64,000 bases of DNA from NCBI GenBank assembly GCA_965208675.1, contig OZ242351.1, forward strand, positions 1,440,001-1,504,000, written 5' to 3'. The translations under genes and the position numbers were made by a program. Positions 62,366-64,000 of this stretch are shown here, one piece after another (within the stretch, counting starts at the first letter, position 1; each line of letters starts with the position of its first letter). The notes under the pieces are model-generated. The model saw nothing but the letters and a program-made list of their open reading frames with translations. It was not told the DNA's origin and did no database searches. The stretch comes from Candidatus Poribacteria bacterium (GTDB lineage: Bacteria; Poribacteria; WGA-4E; PCPOR2b).

Positions 62366-63829
62366 TTACTTTTCCGCAATCGCGAAAAGTACATTGCGGC
62401 TGGCAATGTATAATACGCTGTCCTTTGCGACTGGAGTGGTGTAGACCGCGCTGCCCATGTTGACCTCAAAAATCAGCTCCATCTTTTTGCCGGCTTTTAG
62501 GACGGCAACATCGCCGTCTTCATCGCCGATATAGACCTTCCCGTCGGCAACAAACGGCGACCCCCAAATCGCGGCATACGTGTCATACGTCCAGTAATGT
62601 TCACCGGTGTGGGCATTCAAGCAGTACACAAATCCGCTCAAATCCGCCGTATAGAGTAAATCGCCATCAATGGCTACCGTGGACATCGTCCGGTTATAAT
62701 CTTGATTCCCATAATGCCAGACAGCGTTGCTCTCGGTGACGTCGCCTTCGCCCGTGGCGTCAATTGCCCATAGATGTCCAACGCCCTCGCCGTGTTCCGG
62801 GTCTTGACCTACACCGACGTAAATGCGGTCCGCATAAATGACGGGGGTCGATATTATGCTGTTGCGTGTGCCTCTACCGCCGAGTTCCCAAACAGAATCC
62901 TTCGGGTTGCAGTCGAATTTCCAAATCAGTTCCCCTGTTTCAGGCTCAAGCGAGTAGATCCATCCGTCACCGCCCGGCATGATAACCTGCGGTTTTCCGG
63001 CGATTACCCCGTAGGCGGGATTGGACCATTGGCCGTGAAGAATGTCCTCTCCGGGCGATGCGTCTTCCCAGACAAGTTCGCCTGTTTTTTTGTTTAGGGC
63101 GATGAAGCTAGGTGCAAACGGCGAAGGGATATGGATGTGCCCTTCATCAACACCGTTGCTGGTAATCACAAAAAGCAGGTCTCCGGCGCCAACCGGGGAA
63201 CAGGTGGCGAGGTTGTGAGGGAACACGTCGAGTTCATCCATCATGTCGTATATCCAGATTATATCGCCGTCAATGCCGCTAGCATCGGTTTCTTCCACGT
63301 AAGGGCCATCATTTTCGGCATCCAAGAATCCTTCCGTGTCGATGCAGACTACCTCGCAGCGGTTTGAGACGTAGTACAGCTTATCTCCTTCAATGTAAGG
63401 CGCTGAGCAGACGCCCTGCTGCGGCCAGTCATTGACTCTACCCGACGGGAGTTTAGTATGTGTAGATTGCCAGAGAAACTCGCCGTCCGATTCTCGGAAC
63501 GCCATGATTACGCCGCGGTCGCCGGTGAGTTTTGGATTGCGCAATCCTTGGTTGTTCGTTCCGACGAACACCTTGCCACCGATGAGAATAGGTCCCGCAT
63601 AGGTTTGCGAGCCGAGAGACGCCCTCCACTTGATGTTTAACCCGGTCTCGGGATCCCACTTTTCCGGTATATTCCGCTCGTCCGATACCAGATTTCGAGA
63701 CGGCGTGAACCCCCACATACTTGTCTCTTCAGCGCGAGCATCAAATGTAGCAAAAAGGATTATTCCAATTATAATGCGGCAAATGCTGATGTCCATTGAT
63801 TTTAAAATTCTCCTGGTGTTCATATTCAT
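62366..63829 (-). CDS. PQQ-binding-like beta-propeller protein (BamB-like repeats)
   Basis: Signal peptide; repeated A.d..TGE..W and SP.v.dG.vy.g units. Confidence 0.85.
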   Translation of the reverse strand: MNMNTRRILKSMDISICRIIIGIILFATFDARAEETSMWGFTPSRNLVSDERNIPEKWDPETGLNIKWRASLGSQTYAGPILIGGKVFVGTNNQGLRNPKLTGDRGVIMAFRESDGEFLWQSTHTKLPSGRVNDWPQQGVCSAPYIEGDKLYYVSNRCEVVCIDTEGFLDAENDGPYVEETDASGIDGDIIWIYDMMDELDVFPHNLATCSPVGAGDLLFVITSNGVDEGHIHIPSPFAPSFIALNKKTGELVWEDASPGEDILHGQWSNPAYGVIAGKPQVIMPGGDGWIYSLEPETGELIWKFDCNPKDSVWELGGRGTRNSIISTPVIYADRIYVGVGQDPEHGEGVGHLWAIDATGEGDVTESNAVWHYGNQDYNRTMSTVAIDGDLLYTADLSGFVYCLNAHTGEHYWTYDTYAAIWGSPFVADGKVYIGDEDGDVAVLKAGKKMELIFEVNMGSAVYTTPVAKDSVLYIASRNVLFAIAEK

Positions 63830-64000
63830 ACAACTTCGCTCAGTTGAACCTTCAAAGGTTTGCAGCAGGACAATTTATTGCCGTTTCTACATAAACCAAA
63901 ATTTTAGGTCACGGAGGTGAACCACCCGCCGCACGCGCAACAAATTGCGTTACTAAAAACGCAACTGGCTAAGTCCTATATTTTAAAAGTCCTTTCAATC

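Noticed and set aside
3409-63920. Numerous short antisense or overlapping ORFs in the six-frame track
   Set aside because: They overlap well-supported genes and show no motifs or RBS. Treated as shadow ORFs.

Overview
64-kb bacterial chromosomal window, most consistent with Candidatus Poribacteria or a relative. This is inferred from the NFPNPFNPETWIPFQL...YWDG-type C-terminal sorting domains, cohesin/dockerin and propeller proteins, an ECF-propeller fusion and GTAG-type REP hairpins. Bases 1-28.3 kb hold mostly housekeeping/metabolic genes (NCS2 permease fragment, ftsB-like, map, miaB, Ldh-2 family, era, a degenerate dnaA paralogue, NUDIX, class III aminotransferase, TPP enzyme, ABC exporter, TPR, radical SAM, bioB, leuB, sulfite oxidase family, amrB). 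They also hide a UGA-containing (selenocysteine) peroxiredoxin that the ORF track splits. Bases 28.6-45.0 kb are a co-directional cluster of secreted propeller/Ig proteins, a PorV-like barrel fused to a transglutaminase-like domain, a FecR-like protein, a CHASE2 kinase and an NtrC-type regulator, followed by a sigma54 promoter in front of a divergent sigma70. Bases 49.9-62.0 kb are a defence island bracketed by ~280-bp direct repeats. It contains a type I RM system whose HsdS is fused to an MNT antitoxin next to a HEPN toxin. Nested inside is a translationally coupled Dcm / MORC-ATPase-histidine-kinase / receiver-MazF-like triad, the best candidate for an undescribed system. No rRNA, tRNA, CRISPR array, integrase or transposase was seen. 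All family calls come from motifs read by eye, not from database searches.
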